In this document: piece by piece, positions 37,470 through 50,599 of the stretch | How the letters are laid out: every line of letters starts with the position of its first letter | Position numbering within the stretch: the first letter of the stretch is position 1 | Assembly (NCBI GenBank): GCA_036172245.1 | Contig: JAYWIR010000022.1 | Coordinates: forward strand, 1,054,001 to 1,118,000 | Source of the DNA: Raillietiella orientalis | Lineage: Eukaryota | Direction of reading: 5' to 3' | DNA: 64,000 bases | The notes under the pieces: generated by a model | Seen by the model: the letters and a program-made list of their open reading frames with translations, nothing else | Database searches by the model: none | What the model was told of the DNA's origin: nothing | Translations under genes and position numbers: made by a program

Positions 37470-37800
37470 TTTTTCAATTCCTGATTTGTTTGATTTCTAT
37501 TATAACATTTTCATCGCTAGTATTTAATTTACTTAAAATCTTTAAAAAATGCGGAAACCCACATAAACATTTATGAATTATTTGTTAGCGTAAATACATA
37601 AATATGTATCAAATTAAGAAGGAAAAATTTAAGAAAAAATACATACACACATATCAAAAATGGTGCAAACATAAACAAATTCATTAACGGTGTTTAATTC
37701 AATGATCTTTAATTTGGGCGATACGATTATTTTTCGCAATCGGGAGTGTTTTTTTTCTAATTAAAAAAATGATGTTGATGTTCCTTCGTGCATTTCGTGA
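37470..37800. other. AT-rich island
   Basis: Abruptly AT-rich relative to both flanks, with no arrestin similarity seen. Confidence 0.7.
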
Positions 37801-37899
37801 TAACATCTAATTGCTTCCCGAATTTGCTTTTCCGCCTTGGCGAAGCGATCCGTGTCCTGATCCATATTTTCGGGTAGCTGAAGTCCTTGATTTCGTTTA

Positions 37900-38560
37900 G
37901 AAGATAATCCATCTACGGAAATTTTCTTCTTCTTAACGATTTCTCTTTTCCATCTTCCTCATTCTTTCTTTCTTTCTTCTTCAGCCCTTCCGTTTTAGAA
38001 GTGAATTGATGGGTGGCTTCACCTTCTTCGTGCTCTACCAATTCTTCTACGTGGGTAATGGCAGCTGGAGAGTTGGCAGTCGTAAGGTAAGTGCGAATCG
38101 TCGTGAGCCGAGTCGTCGCAAGTCGAGGACCACACGTGGTTAAGATGATACTGGCGATCACGTAAAACGTAGGCGCATCTTAAGATCCTTTTTTTGATGC
38201 TGCAATTCCTCTAACCATTTGACTTTTCACGTGCGGGTCTCTTTTGAAGAAATCGGGTATGTACAACTCGAGAAATCTGTACGTCAGGTGTGATTAACGC
38301 ATTTCGCACTCATTGCGCGTACGCATGAGGGTTAACGGGCAATAGGGGGAAGGGGAGGGGAAAGGGGGAGGTGAACACAAGGTAGCAAGCATATGCGAAG
38401 CGTGAAAACTCACGTGCACTCGAAGTAAGCGCGTTCGATGAGAAGGAAAGCTGCCGTGCTCGTAGCTAATGATCTCCCGAAAAGTATCTTCTTTTGAATG
38501 ATCCATGTAGCCGTTTCGCAAAGCCCTCTCTCTCTTTTTTCTTTTCGGCCTGCAAATTCA
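37900..38560 (-). pseudogene. Arrestin-like copy 24 (N-domain)
   Basis: YMDHSKEDTFREII ~ FVDHIDLVDPVDGVV; ASIILTTCGP...TIRTYL ~ CSVTLQPGP...EVKAF. Confidence 0.5.
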
Positions 38561-38584
38561 AGAAAGGTCCGGCGTCAGTACAAA

Positions 38585-39900
38585 CTCGTTCGCATTCTCA
38601 AGCGATCCTCAGGTTCGAAACGCACCCAAGTGGACGTGCTCCGCGAGGCATATGAAAACAAGAATTCTTTAGAAAGTCTAAGAGAAACTCCGAGGGAACC
38701 ATGCGTTGGTCCAATGAATCTTTGAATTCGGAATGCATCCTGCTCGTTCGGGCCGCATCTGCCTCATCATGCTGCAATGAGTGAATCATGAAAGGATGCG
38801 CTGGAATCAGTGTATCCGCCGGTGTATCCGCTTCTCGGCAACGTCTTCTTGCAGGGAGTGATCCCAAGTTCTCGCTCTGGCGTGTTTTTTTTGATGCAAA
38901 ATTTGATTGTTCCCGTGGCATTTGCCGCTTGTCGAAAGTTTCATAGGAAATAGAGGAAAAGCTGGAAAGCACGTCCCAGTGATCGACTCGTCAGGTGGAT
39001 AGGGATGGCGGAAGATGCTGAAAAGGGAAACAGGTATCGAAACCCCGTTCAGAGTGCATTGCAAGAGTTTCTAAGAAACGCTGTTCCGGAATCCGTTTCT
39101 TGGAAACGGATTCCGGAACCTCCTCCGCACTGTGAAAGGAGAGACAACGGAGCAACGACATCACTCCCCGGTCAGCTCGAATTAGTGGACTTCAATCCGA
39201 TTCCAGGGAACACATGAACATGGATCAATGGGATCCTCAAGAAAGAACGGATGTCAGCAATAGCTTACTCGTGGATGCTTACTCGGAAATAATGATACAT
39301 TGTGTCTGGCTTCAGTTTACCAATCATCCTCTTTTATGGATGCCGCTATATTTAGAGAAAATACGGAGAAACCTATGCACACGAACTGCATCGTAGATCG
39401 ACTCTTGCACCAAGATTTTGGGGAGTTTCCCTGGCCGCTTTCGTCTACTCTTCTCAAAAACTCTTGGGATCCATGAATTGCTGCTCCACGGAAGAGAACT
39501 TGTTTGCAGTAAGCTCACGAAGCTGTTCCTCAAGCCGAACCTTTTCGGAAATCGGAATGAAGGTTCGAAGAATAGCAACCGTATCCGTGTGATTGAGAGT
39601 GTGATTAAACGTGACTCTTACAGAAAGTAATTCATCATCATTGACGAGGTCGGTAAAAAGTAGATCGTTCACCAGATCGAGCAGCTTCTGAAAATGGTGG
39701 AGGATGCAAAGAGAATTAGCAAACACACAGATGAACGGACTCGGAAAATAATTGCATTTAGGAAGGAGATGCTGAGCTTTCGTGCTAGGCATGGATATGT
39801 ACCTGGATACTGAGAAGGGAGCTGTTTGCAACTCCCGTTCGATACTCCCTCAAATCTTCGACAACCCTGAATTTGTCTTTCCTCCGGTCAAAACTTTTGG
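38585..39900 (+). pseudogene. Arrestin-like copy 25
   Basis: RILKRSS ~ RVFKKAS; PGRFRL...ELLLHGREL ~ KPLHL...EIYYHGEPI; KNSNRIRVI ~ NNTNKTVKKI. One frame 39214 to about 39812 with three internal stops. Confidence 0.7.
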
Positions 39901-40269
39901 CTCTCTCGGAAACCATTCCCAAGCCGAGGCCATACTTCCTTTAATAGTTTTATTTGTGCATTTCCTCTGCATATACAAGTGGATTTGCGTTTTTACACAA
40001 AGTCTGACATCATCGAAGAAAGATTCTCTTATGATCGGAGACGAATGCTCCATGAGTTGGTTACTGGGTATGAAAGGAAAGGAAAGGGGAGGATAGGATG
40101 GGGAGGGAAGCCTTTTCGAACATTTGTTCTTTCAAAGGATTGCAAGTTACGAAAAGTACAGGATGTAAAAATTAATGCAAATGACTGAAAGAGTTCGTGA
40201 ATCGCTAGAAGAGAGGATTGAGGAGGAGAGGCTCTCCTTGAATTTTTTAATGATCGCAGTACCTATGTA

Positions 40270-41400
40270 TTCTTCGATGAGGCTGTTTATCCGTTCTTGT
40301 AGTGCTGGCAGCGCTGTTTTGAAGTACCGGGCGACCGTACTTCAAATCCCAGTTTTGATTTTGCAGTACATTTCTCATGGAAGCAAGTACAATGGCCGCC
40401 GAGTTTGGAACACCTGTTCGCGGTTTGGCGCAACTCCTCCCAAATCCCTGTTTCTCCCTTAAAGTTGCTTCTCTCTACTTTTCTAATAATGCTGCTCAAA
40501 TGCGGATTGGAAGGAGCTGAGTTAATGATTCTGAACATGTGATTACGCGTTACAGCATCTCTTAATGGATCTTGCAAATAATGCAGATGCTGCTAAGCAG
40601 AAGGATGAAGTCAATACGAGGGTGATTTATTTTCGCGATGAATGCAAATTTCGTAAACACATTCCACGCGAGCAAATTATAGCAATGAAGTAGAGTGGTC
40701 CCATCTGGCAGTAGCAAAACAGCCTAGAGGAATCTAAATTTCCAATGGCATGTATTGCTCCAGTTATCTGGAAGTAAATGGTTTTTCGTAATGCTGAACT
40801 TTCTGGAGTACAGTATTACGAAAATGATGGAGGTGTAATCAGTAGGATGTTGGTGAAAAGGCAGTACCGAGCCCCCAAGTTGCGAGGGACATGAATGGAA
40901 TTCCGTATGGAATTGGCATCCATATGATGTTTTTTCTCATGAAGACGGTGTTAAATTGACTATGGCTTTAGGATGGATTACGACCTCTGAACACGGTACG
41001 TATCTTGGAGGATCTATGCAAGAAAGGCACAGTCTGAAGTGGGAAACGGTTTCTGGTGTCCAGTGGCGTGTAATTTGCTTTCAGGAAACCCAATTACATG
41101 GGAAAGCAGTTGGAATTTGTCTTCTGGCTACAAGTGGAGGATTGAAAAGGGTAAGTCGAAAGAAAGGAAGTACAAATAACATTCAGCTTTTCCAGGACAC
41201 CAAGCCGTTTACATTTTAAGTTCGTGTTAAGCGAATCAACCCAATGGAGTGAATCAACCAATCAGATTGGAGACTACCTCTATCTTTTTTGGTCTTAAGA
41301 TCATTGAGATCAGTAATACTCGGCATAATATATTTGTGAAACCTGGTCGTTTCAAAACCGGGAGAAATCACTAGCAATTTTCTGTAAGAAACAAGAAACT
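40270..41400 (+). pseudogene. Arrestin-like copy 26
   Basis: RLFIRS; YNGRRVWNTCSRFG ~ YLKERRVYVTLTCAFRYG; ILGIIYL*NLVVS ~ ILGIIVSYKVKVKLVVS near 41315. Confidence 0.75.
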
Positions 41401-41659
41401 TGGTGAAGCAAGACCGGGCATAGTTTAAAGAACTCTGTACGTTGTATAGTGATAACTTAATGTAGAGGAACTTAGGTCTGCCTGAATAATAGTACATGTC
41501 CGTGGATATCTCTGCTATCATGTTAAAGGCGCAGTGTAATAATTGACTAGTTAGTCCTCAGTAGGGCACAAAGATTGGGTTTATTAAACCAGTTTACTGC
41601 GTAACAAGTGAATGTTTCCATCTGAAAAATTTTTGACCGTGGGTCTAGGGAATCAATAG

Positions 41660-42900
41660 GCTTCAAAAACAAAATTAAAAGACTCGGCCTCCGCTGGAGG
41701 AGTGAGAGCACCTTTCTGGCGGTGAAAGAACGGTGAGCAGCCGTTTCCGTGCCGTGCACATCTTTTCGCTTAGAAAGCCAGAGGAGTTTGGGCCGGAGAA
41801 AAACTGATCTAAAGAACAAAACAAAGTTTGGCAATAAAACTTGCTTTGATTTGAGTTTTAAATCACTCATTCGTGAAGAGAGCAGAGAAGTTCACCTGAG
41901 TAGTCGATCCTACACGTAAGGTTTCGTACCGTGGCAACCGTGCAAGATTTGAATCTGCGCCAAAGAAGCAACATGATTTCTCCGAGCTGGACGCGATGCT
42001 CTTAGGGAATGGACGGAGGAAGAGCTTCTCGTGCACAAAAGTTTCCAAATGTGTAAAAGCGTGGTGCAGCGAGTGGTGGCTGTTGTGTACGTGAAGTGGG
42101 CTGCATGTGCAACGTCGGTTCAAAGAGGCGATTCCGACTCGGCAGCGAGTAGGTACAGTGTACCATGCCTAGGATGGCAACACCTGAAAGTGTATTTACT
42201 GTAGGACTTGTCATAGGGTTACGGAGCAGTTTTGCGGACATTCTGTTAAAGGAGTGAATGGGAGATTTGATTATAAATTTTGGATTGACATGCAGGCCAT
42301 CTTTGATTTTCTGTTTGTTTTTTGCTAAAACTCCGAACCAAAAATGCTTGATGGAACTTTCATCATTTTCACTTTTCCTGTTTTTCCGACTGAGTTGCTT
42401 TCATGAACCGGAAAAGTCCGTTGAAAATCAAATTACCAGCGGGTTTATGGATTGAACATCTCGAATCGTGTTTTATGTTTCTGGATTGCGTTTTTACTGA
42501 GCGAGAGCAAAAGACGATGAAGAGATGGATAAGGCCAAGTGAAGAAGGTACTGGCTGACGTTCTTGGTAACGATGCTGAAGTGATAAAATCCACTGCCAT
42601 CCTGCCCAAGTTTGGAAATGACATTATAAGAATAGATGAGAAGATTTTCTGCAGAGAAAAACTGAAGTAACTCCAGAACGGAAGACCTTGGTAATGACCC
42701 CAGACCTGGTAATGACGCCTCAGGCTTGCTGAACAAGCATCACTCAAGAGAAGGACGCCATCCTGTTTTATTAAGAAATGGTGAGGTGGGGATTAGAAGA
42801 GGAAAAGTGATCTTGATGGAACATGCTTATGCAAAAATTGGAGAAGAGAAATCGAGATCAAAATGTACCATGGCTCACTAGATAGTATTGTAGCTGTGCT
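41660..42900 (+). pseudogene. Arrestin-like copy 27
   Basis: KFG...FDLSFKSLI ~ RYG...LGLTFRKDL; GQVKKVLA ~ AQYKCPVA; KLK* ~ KLKH. Confidence 0.5.
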
Positions 42901-43149
42901 ACGGAAATGAATGGGAAGGCATGATTTTGTACACGGCAGTTGCGTGCACTGTCGCGAATGACGAAAAGCAGAGACGAGAGGGGCACTCAGGCTGTAGTCA
43001 ATATGAAAAGCCAAAAAAAAAAATGAAAACCAGGAGAAGGTGGAATAGAAAAAAGCCTTTTTATAGAAAGGCTGTGATGTGGATGTCAATCAACAGAAGA
43101 TTGACAAATTAATAATAACCGTGATGGTTCAGAATAGTATCTGATTTCA

Positions 43150-44300
43150 GGGAAGCAGATATCCCTGGAACAGGTTGTTATTAGAAAAGCGGGAAGTATG
43201 AGGCGGGGTAACTGAGGCGTAGTTGGGAAAGTAGTAAGTTGAGTACGAAATCCCAAGGCGGTTTCGTGAGGAGAAGAGGAAGGACACGTATCAGAGGGTG
43301 ACGGGGGAAACAACACCAATGAACAGTGCCAACGTCGTTTTTCGATGCTGGCACCGTGCATGAGACTGATGGCGCACAGAATGAGCTTCTTTATTCTGAT
43401 GAGGCAAACTACGAAACGATGAGCACGTGTTTATCCGAGTGATACAGAATTTCTGAGCCTCCGTAGAGGCACTTTTTGTAGGGCATGAGTAGGCAAGTTG
43501 AGTGCTACGTTACTTTACTTGCCTTTAGTTTCATTGGATTCTCTGGAATCCCTGCTGTTGAGGATCTACGGGTAGCTACTCGAAGAGTAATGGCGGAGTA
43601 GTGCGTGATGCAAATAGCAAAAAAAAAATATTGGGAACAGGAAGATGGAAATATTCGTGAAGCTCAAAGGAACTTTGGAGACAGATGTTCCTAGGCTGGG
43701 ACTAGGAGCGTGATTCATCAGAATAGGTCGCAGTGGCTCGAGAAGAAACATTTCCAGACGGGCTGTCGGGGTCTCTCTCGTTCCTGGCGGTGACTGCGAA
43801 CACAAGAAGACGCAGGGATTCTTCCAAAGCGCAGGAGGAATGGGGGGATTTCTTGGGGAGAAAGGGAACGCCTAAGAGAAATGAGGGAAGGGAGAGGAGG
43901 GAAGCTGCTAAGGGAGTCAAGAAAATAGGAACACAACACGGATCATGGTGCCACTTGGAACTTGAAATGCTTTTCACCATTTTGGTTCCTCATTTTTGAC
44001 TACGAAATTCAAAGTGGAGCCATCTGAGGAAAATTAGTGATCATGAGTTTCTAGAACCGATTTTTTGTGTGAGGCTAGCAGTACGCTGGTTCTTGAATGC
44101 TAAAGTGGAATTGCAGAAGTGGGGTTGGACCCTGAATTCTCGTGGACATCGAGAAATCTTCGACTAGATGAGGTTTGTTCCTTGGGATACCGGTACCGTA
44201 AATGATGGGGTTTATGATTATTTAACAGAGCATGTGGTCCCTGTTATGAAGAACATTTATAATACTTACAAGATATTCATTTTGAATGCGCGGCGAGTGC
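43150..44300 (+). pseudogene. Arrestin-like copy 28
   Basis: LLLEKRE ~ VYLGKRD; KGVKKI ~ KTVKKI; VRLAVRWFLNAKVEL ~ LGIIVSYKVKVKLVV. Confidence 0.55.
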
Positions 44301-44490
44301 AGTGAGGGATGGATAAGCGTGTGGTTTAAGTGAGGCTGAACAGTTATTATTCGTTTCTTGTGTGCCTTATTGGACATCAAAAAGTCTTTGGTTTTAAAAG
44401 GAGTCTTGTCATTAGCATGAGTTTCAGGAAATTTATTTGGAAAGGTGATGATGGAAATCCTTTTGGGTTCTTTTGCTGTCTTTACTGTTT

Positions 44491-45030
44491 TCCTTCCAGC
44501 TTTTTTTTTTTTTTTTCTTTCTGGTTTTCTTTTTTTTCTGGTTCGCTGAGTACCTCAAGAGCTGTCGCGCTCCTGGCAACTCACGCAGCTGTTTCACACT
44601 GTTCCACGCCCCCCAGGGTGCGTGTAATTCTTCAAGAAAGGGGTCACCTTGGGAGGGGACCGCCCTATGAATCCAGGAAGGGTTTGGAGTCCGTTCCTCT
44701 CACGCCTGAGGGGGAATCCCCGAAGGGAATCTCCTTCCTTATTCTCTAGGAAGGCATCCTCAGGGGGGTCCGCTCCATTTTTTCTTCTCTGAAGGGGACC
44801 CGGAAAGGATCCCCTATCAGGAATTTCTTCTCCGAAGAGAACCCGCAAGGGAACTGCTCCTGTTTGCTCCTCTGAAGAGAACCCTGAAGGAACGCTTCCG
44901 AAATTCGGAAGGACGCTGCTTCCCCGAAGGGAACGTCTCGCTTCTCTGCACTCACTGGAGAGGTGGCGACACACCTACTCCACGGAGCCCCCCCCCTCCA
45001 GAATGGGGGAGGGTCCTCTCCTTCAGCTGC
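44491..45030 (-). mobile_element. SINE copy lacking the tRNA head, with A-rich tail
   Basis: Body matches 52560-52900 and the reverse complement of 60880-61290 (e.g. gaagggaatctccttcct, ctctgaagagaacc, cttccgaaattc); poly-T at 44501-44517. Confidence 0.85.
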
Positions 45031-45149
45031 TGTGCCCAAGCCGGTCAGAGTTATCTTGGGGAGAATGAAATACAAGGAAGGTATAATAGAGGAAGGAACG
45101 CCTGGCAATTAATGTTTATGATCATACAAAATAGGCTTAGTATTCGGAC

Positions 45150-45440
45150 TGAAGTGTTCATACATGAGTATCGTAAGATGGAAAGCACTGATGATTCTTA
45201 ATCGTTAAATGGATGATTTTTACATGGACCGCCCTTTTTTTAAGAAAAGAATGATTTCTGCAATGTTTCCGCCTGAGGATACGAGAAGGTATGTTTCCGG
45301 GCTGTTTGAAGCCTTGAAAGAGCGTTTAAAAAGTCGTTGAGGCTGCACGCTGTTCTTAGCAGATGTTATTTTCATGAATTTGAATTCGTGCTGAAGTCGA
45401 GAGCTGCTGGGACTGCTCGAGAGCTTGTAGTATGTCAAAA
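45150..45440 (-). pseudogene. Possible arrestin N-terminal fragment (copy 29)
   Basis: YKLSSSP...RL...NSVQP ~ FKKASP..KL...DLVDP. Confidence 0.3.
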
Positions 45441-45699
45441 GCGAATTTCTGCTCTAGAGAAGCCGTGTTTGTACAAAAAGGTGTACTGAGGCTCGTTTCG
45501 TGCACTTTCTCGAAACAGTTATTTCCTGTCAAGGCGAAGTAGAAATGAAGGACCGTGGATCAGCAATGTGGTTTGGGACGAATAGCTGGGAGCTGAGAGT
45601 CAGCGACAGTAAGTTAAATTTGATGTTTTTTTTTCCATTAGAGATGTTTTTTTTTTTCTTTTTCATTCCATGTTTCTATTGGAGGCGGGTCATCAGAAG

Positions 45700-46800
45700 G
45701 AGGCAAAGCGCAATCGCGGATGAGATGCTGGGAAGAAAACGAGCTGTTCTTATTCTATATTTCAATGGCACCATTTAACGGATCCATGTCACCTGGTTAG
45801 TTTTCCGTGCGTGGTATAATGGTATTGATTAACAAGATGTTACATTTATTTGGACGAGAGGTAGTGCTGGATTAGGGGAAGCCATAATGTCGATTATTGG
45901 ATTACATCCACCCATGCATTCCTCTCGCTGACGTGGGATTTTATTTATTCATGAGATTATTTACGCGTATTGAGTCAGTGGAGAGCAGTATGAACTTGTT
46001 CCACGGTGTTAAAGTTTTAGGGTGCATATAATAGCACGCAAAATTGCCCAATTAGTAGCCGGAGAGTTTGCTTTACTGACAGCAATTATTTCATTGTTTT
46101 ATATTTGTGGGTGAGGGTTGTCTGGAAGCAGATTCCTATGATCTACATAGAATGGTACCCATGGAGTTTAAAAAGGATACTGATCTTTACGGCCGATGAT
46201 AAAGATGCTTGACTTGGGTGTACACGACGGCGTCTTTTCGCTCGTAATGTGTTCGTGATTTGGTCATGCGGTATATGCAGTGAGGTTGTCATGGAGCGGA
46301 AAACTTCAATATCGATGCTATGGACTCTGATCCTTATAACTGGGATCAGAAGTCCTAGCATTCTTTTTCCTTCTTCTTCAGTTTCCAGCTCGTTTCATGC
46401 TGGTGATTGATTTCACAATGAGTAAAACGTATTCTGCGAATAAAAAAAGGCGATTCTGTTTTGGTACAACAGTTGGAGATGAGAATGCTTCAGGGAATGA
46501 TGAAAAAACTGAGCTTTGCTCTGGATGAACCGAGACGAAATGGATTTTGTTTCATTTCGTCTACAGGCTGATTCAAGCAATAAAACTGCAGTCGCCATCT
46601 TAAGCGGTGGTAATGCAGACAACTTTTATCAACTGGATCAGATTTGCAGGGATTGTGGAGGATTGGTAAAAACGTCTCAATGCTCCATGTGATTTATATT
46701 CTTATAATGGTGGCAAGGATGACTCAGAAAACTAATTTGCAGTTTGAGGCTTCGCTGTCATGACCTAGTCCTTGAGGATTAATTATGGTAGAGCTCATCA
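45700..46800 (+). pseudogene. Arrestin-like copy 30
   Basis: LTDPCHLV and SVRGIMVLI...LFGREVV ~ FVDHIDLV and PVDGVVLV...LKERRVY; ILIFTADD ~ VKAFCAEN. Confidence 0.5.
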
Positions 46801-47009
46801 TTAGTTCCTTTTTCGACCAGTTGTAATGTGGACCCATACACGAAGCTGCTTTTTCAGGACTGATGTGATGACAGTGGTGACATTAACTGAGAGTGATTAA
46901 TGCAATTTACTCTTAAAAATAGAGAAGTCCATGTACTCCTTTGCAGTGAGCTGAAATGGATACAAAAATATAACTGGTTAATCATACCAACCAACATAAC
47001 ACCGAATAA

Positions 47010-47730
47010 AGACCGAAAGATGTATAAGGATCGTCTATTTACTAGTTTTACCATCTCATTAACCAATGCCTTTATTTACCATATTATTTTCTTTTTAGAG
47101 GCATTACAGTATTGCTTGGATTAAAGCCTTAAAGTCGAATTGTCTTTCTTAGAAATTGTTTTCAATAAAGAATAATGGGACTCTTGAGGATAATGGGATT
47201 TATTCTACTGAAAGTCCAGCAAAAGTTGGACGATGGTATGAATTCGGTTTCCATGGTTCTCAGAAATAAGGGCGAAGATCCTTATGGTGCTTCAGTTTCA
47301 GATTGTATCAATAAATATGGAATGGCTATGATAAGTAAGGTGCTGCTTGAGTTTTAGAGAGCGAGGAACAAACGAAAGTCAAAGCTGCCTGCCGTTTCTG
47401 TACGTGTGAGTAATCATTGAGAGATCGTCATCGCAAAGATTATGTTGCCATATTTAGAAAACAGTTAATATCATGAATTGCCACTGAGCATCGCAGTTCA
47501 TTTCACAGAAGGGACGCAGTTGGATTCTGATTTTGATCAATAGTTGCCACTCGATGAGGCACTGGAGAGTGCTTGGTATAAAAAGATACCAACAGAAATG
47601 AGTTGCAGCTCTCTGGAACTACAGTTCAAAGAGTGCCTGACTAACTCTGAACTGCCAAATTGGAAAGCAGTCCATGAGAATTTTTTTCAAATGACGAATA
47701 AGGGTTGCAGAATTCTGGTTTCCTGATCCT
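47010..47730 (+). pseudogene. Arrestin-like copy 31 (N-domain)
   Basis: KMYK; RIMGFILL ~ PVDGVVLV; ELPLSIAVH ~ NLPCSVTLQ. Confidence 0.4.
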
Positions 47731-47749
47731 TCTACACGTGGCAACAGGA

Positions 47750-48190
47750 ATAGCTTTTATGGCATCCATAGAAAGTTTGTAAGCACCTTGATCCCTCGCA
47801 TGCAATCATAAAATGAGTACGTAAATCTTTACGAAACAGGTCCATGTCCTGTGTCTTCATAAAGGAGGAGCTGATAAGCCGACTTGGTCATTTACATGCA
47901 GTGGAAATTTCGTTACTGCCGAACGTAAGCAGAAGTAAAAGCCGTAAACAGAGGTCAGACGAGTTGCGATATCACGAAAGAACACGGATTCCAGCACACG
48001 GCTTTTCTAGATGCCCCCCTCCGAGCTCGGGTCACGCTAATTCACTAGGTGGAGTCAAGTCAAGTTCTTGGCACGAAGATGCACGCACCAGCGTGAAGGT
48101 CTGATTCCGTCCAGCGTCCATGTATTGAACGTGTCTGCTCCAATGACTGCATCCGGCCACCGACCATAAATACACGCAGCTACACATTTC
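47750..48190 (-). pseudogene. Arrestin N-domain fragment (copy 32)
   Basis: LRVFMVGGR ~ LTVYLGKR; TLDGI...HLRAKNL ~ PVDGV...YLKERRV. Confidence 0.4.
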
Positions 48191-48389
48191 ACTGTTTTTT
48201 TTTAATTAATTTATTATTATCATTTGAGCATTTTTCTTTTAATCGAACTCAAACTGTCATCTAATTCTCCCATGAAGTAATCATTAAAAAGCGACCAATA
48301 ACCAGCAGCCCACTAGAGCAGTCGATACTTCACGTTGATCAGCTGCCTGACTTGTCGAATAACCGATGGCATTGACACGTGCCCTGTGC

Positions 48390-48600
48390 ATTCCTTTAAC
48401 TTCCTTTCTGCGTGAAAGAAAGAAATATCATCCTGCTGTTCCTGAGAAACAGAAAGCGGAAACCACCAAAGTAAGCGGTGAGCAAAAATCTAATGTGTTA
48501 GAGATGGCAATAAGCCCTGCCTCAGCCTCGGTCTCTTGGGGGGGGGGGAAAAAAAAGGAAAGATCTACGGACTAGTTCTATGATCTTAGGTACTAGTAAT
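48390..48600 (+). pseudogene. Possible arrestin N-terminal fragment (copy 33)
   Basis: LTSFLRER ~ LTVYLGKR; KVSG ~ PVDG. Confidence 0.3.
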
Positions 48601-48841
48601 AATGGAAAAAGGACATCAGCTTGACTTGAACGGAATCTCGACTGCATTCCAGTATGAAAAATGTATTTTAAGGCAGTGCAATGAAGACTGTTTCGTACAG
48701 GCCTTCAGCTGCTAGAAAAGTAGAAATTAGATAGCAGAGATGTGCCATGCTTGCCGAGATTCTCGTAGAATAAAGGCTTGATTGAATCGGGGAGGTTTTA
48801 GAAACAAACCGTACTGAACTCTGGGGACTGAATTGGTCCTG

Positions 48842-48922
48842 TGAGAATTGATGCCGAAGCTCTTTTGAGTTCAAAGACTCAAAAGAGCTTCGAACTCAAA
48901 AGAGTGTCGGCATCGATTCTCA
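48842..48922. repeat. Compound inverted repeat / hairpin
   Basis: tgagaattgatgccgaagctcttttgagttc...gaactcaaaagagtgtcggcatcgattctca, with an extra internal actcaaaagagcttc arm. Confidence 0.85.
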
Positions 48923-49169
48923 GTCGTTTTTTCTAGTGGCAATGATGTTTCCTCATTCAGTCTGATTGCTTACGTCTGGCAAAATAAAGGGTTATCCACC
49001 TGGTGATGAAAGGACTGTTGGGAGCTCAAGTAAAATTCAGGAAAATGAAGGATGGGGGGATTAAAAATTGTGCCTCGAGGCAATAGTGGGACTCGGAAAA
49101 TATGGGAATATCTTTCAGATTGCTGGAAAGATAATTACCACTCGCCTGCAGTATGGAGCTGGTGTTCTA

Positions 49170-50260
49170 TCCCTTACTTTGACGGCAGCGCAAAGATCTC
49201 ACGGTGCTCAACTTTTTCGATTCATGTAAGACATGCACAAAAGGTTGACTGTCTAGATGATCTCCTGTGCTTAGATTCCAGATTGAATCCATATAGTCCC
49301 ACCGTTGTAATACTGCATAGGCGGTAGAGAATCGGAATTCGGAAGTTCGTAGAGAGTAGCAAGGCAACTAAAAGATCGCTGCCGGTAACCAGATGTGCTC
49401 TTTCAAAGTTTCCTTTTGCCCATCTCCAAGCTGCAAAAGTACTACCGTCCCAGCTATATCTAAGCTTGGAAGGAGGCAAACCGTGAACTTTATCACGCGA
49501 AGGGGCTTCTAAGTGCTGCACCTCTCTACGAATTCCGAGCAGAGACCGGAACTGAACGTAACCGTTGGCGTGCCGAGTTTCGTTGGTCATCACGAGGCAG
49601 CCTACGGACTGAGTGCGAACGCAGCAGTAAAATTCGTTTTCCTCTTTCGCTGTCCAAACAGCCTCATTCGGTGCACAGCATCACGATGTTCCTGTATCAA
49701 CCTCCCACAGCCTCCGTCTTGAACGATCAAAATTTGCATCTCGGGGAAAGCGCTTCTCTGAGAACACATCTGCGGACCTTCATGAGAAACCAAGCATACT
49801 TTGTGCCAAATTACTCCTGTTGCTACGTGCTCCTGACTTTGTCGCAAAACACAGGGAAGAATGATAGCAAAGACAAATGGATGCAATGCGGTCGGGAATC
49901 ATGAAGGCAGTTCTTCTGCTTTCCCCGAAAATCGCCATCTTTCCCACTTGAGAGATTTGGAATTGGGGGGGGGGGGGGGGGGGAAACACGCACACACACA
50001 TTTAGTGGATTCTTTTGTTTTTGAAAATGTTGAATCCCAAAATTATTCCAGGAAGAAAATCGACTGTTACAAGCCATATCTCCCCATGCTCACGGAAAAA
50101 TGATTGCAAGTCATACAAATCATTGCCATCTTATATCAAAACACAAAAACAGTCCTAACCTCTAGTTCTAATCAGCTTAATATCTAAATTGGAGTAGATG
50201 TTTATTATCCTGTGCAACCTACGTGAGTGAATCGGGATTTCGTTTCGCCTATACACCCCA
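49170..50260 (+). pseudogene. Arrestin-like copy 34 (near full length, apparently intronless)
   Basis: HVRHAQKVDCLDDLLCLD ~ FVDHIDLVDPVDGVVLVD; PPTASV...THLRTFMRNQAYF...LTLSQNTGK ~ QPTAET...LHLEASLDKEIYY...VHVTNNTNK; IGVDVYYPVQ ~ LGIIVSYKVK. Confidence 0.75.
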
Positions 50261-50599
50261 AAAGAGGGAAACTGTGCTCACAGCAGTTGCTTTGTGTTTC
50301 CGTCTGACAGCCAATTTCGAAAGCCAGTCAGCCGCATCAGTTGCTTGTGATACATGATTTCAAGCATTTCATAATCCTTGCCTCTGTACCGCATGTTACA
50401 AATTTATGGAGCCCACAATTTCATTTTTTTTTTTTTTTTCATCATCTTTTTTTTTGAGTGATTCGCTTTTTACTTGGTAGAGATGAATAACATTGGTTTG
50501 CAGCACAAAAAAAAAACGATAGCAGCAAAGTTGGGAAACTTCCCGGCATAAACAAGATAAACAGGGATTCTAAAAGACTGAGTCATAAAAAACATCTCC

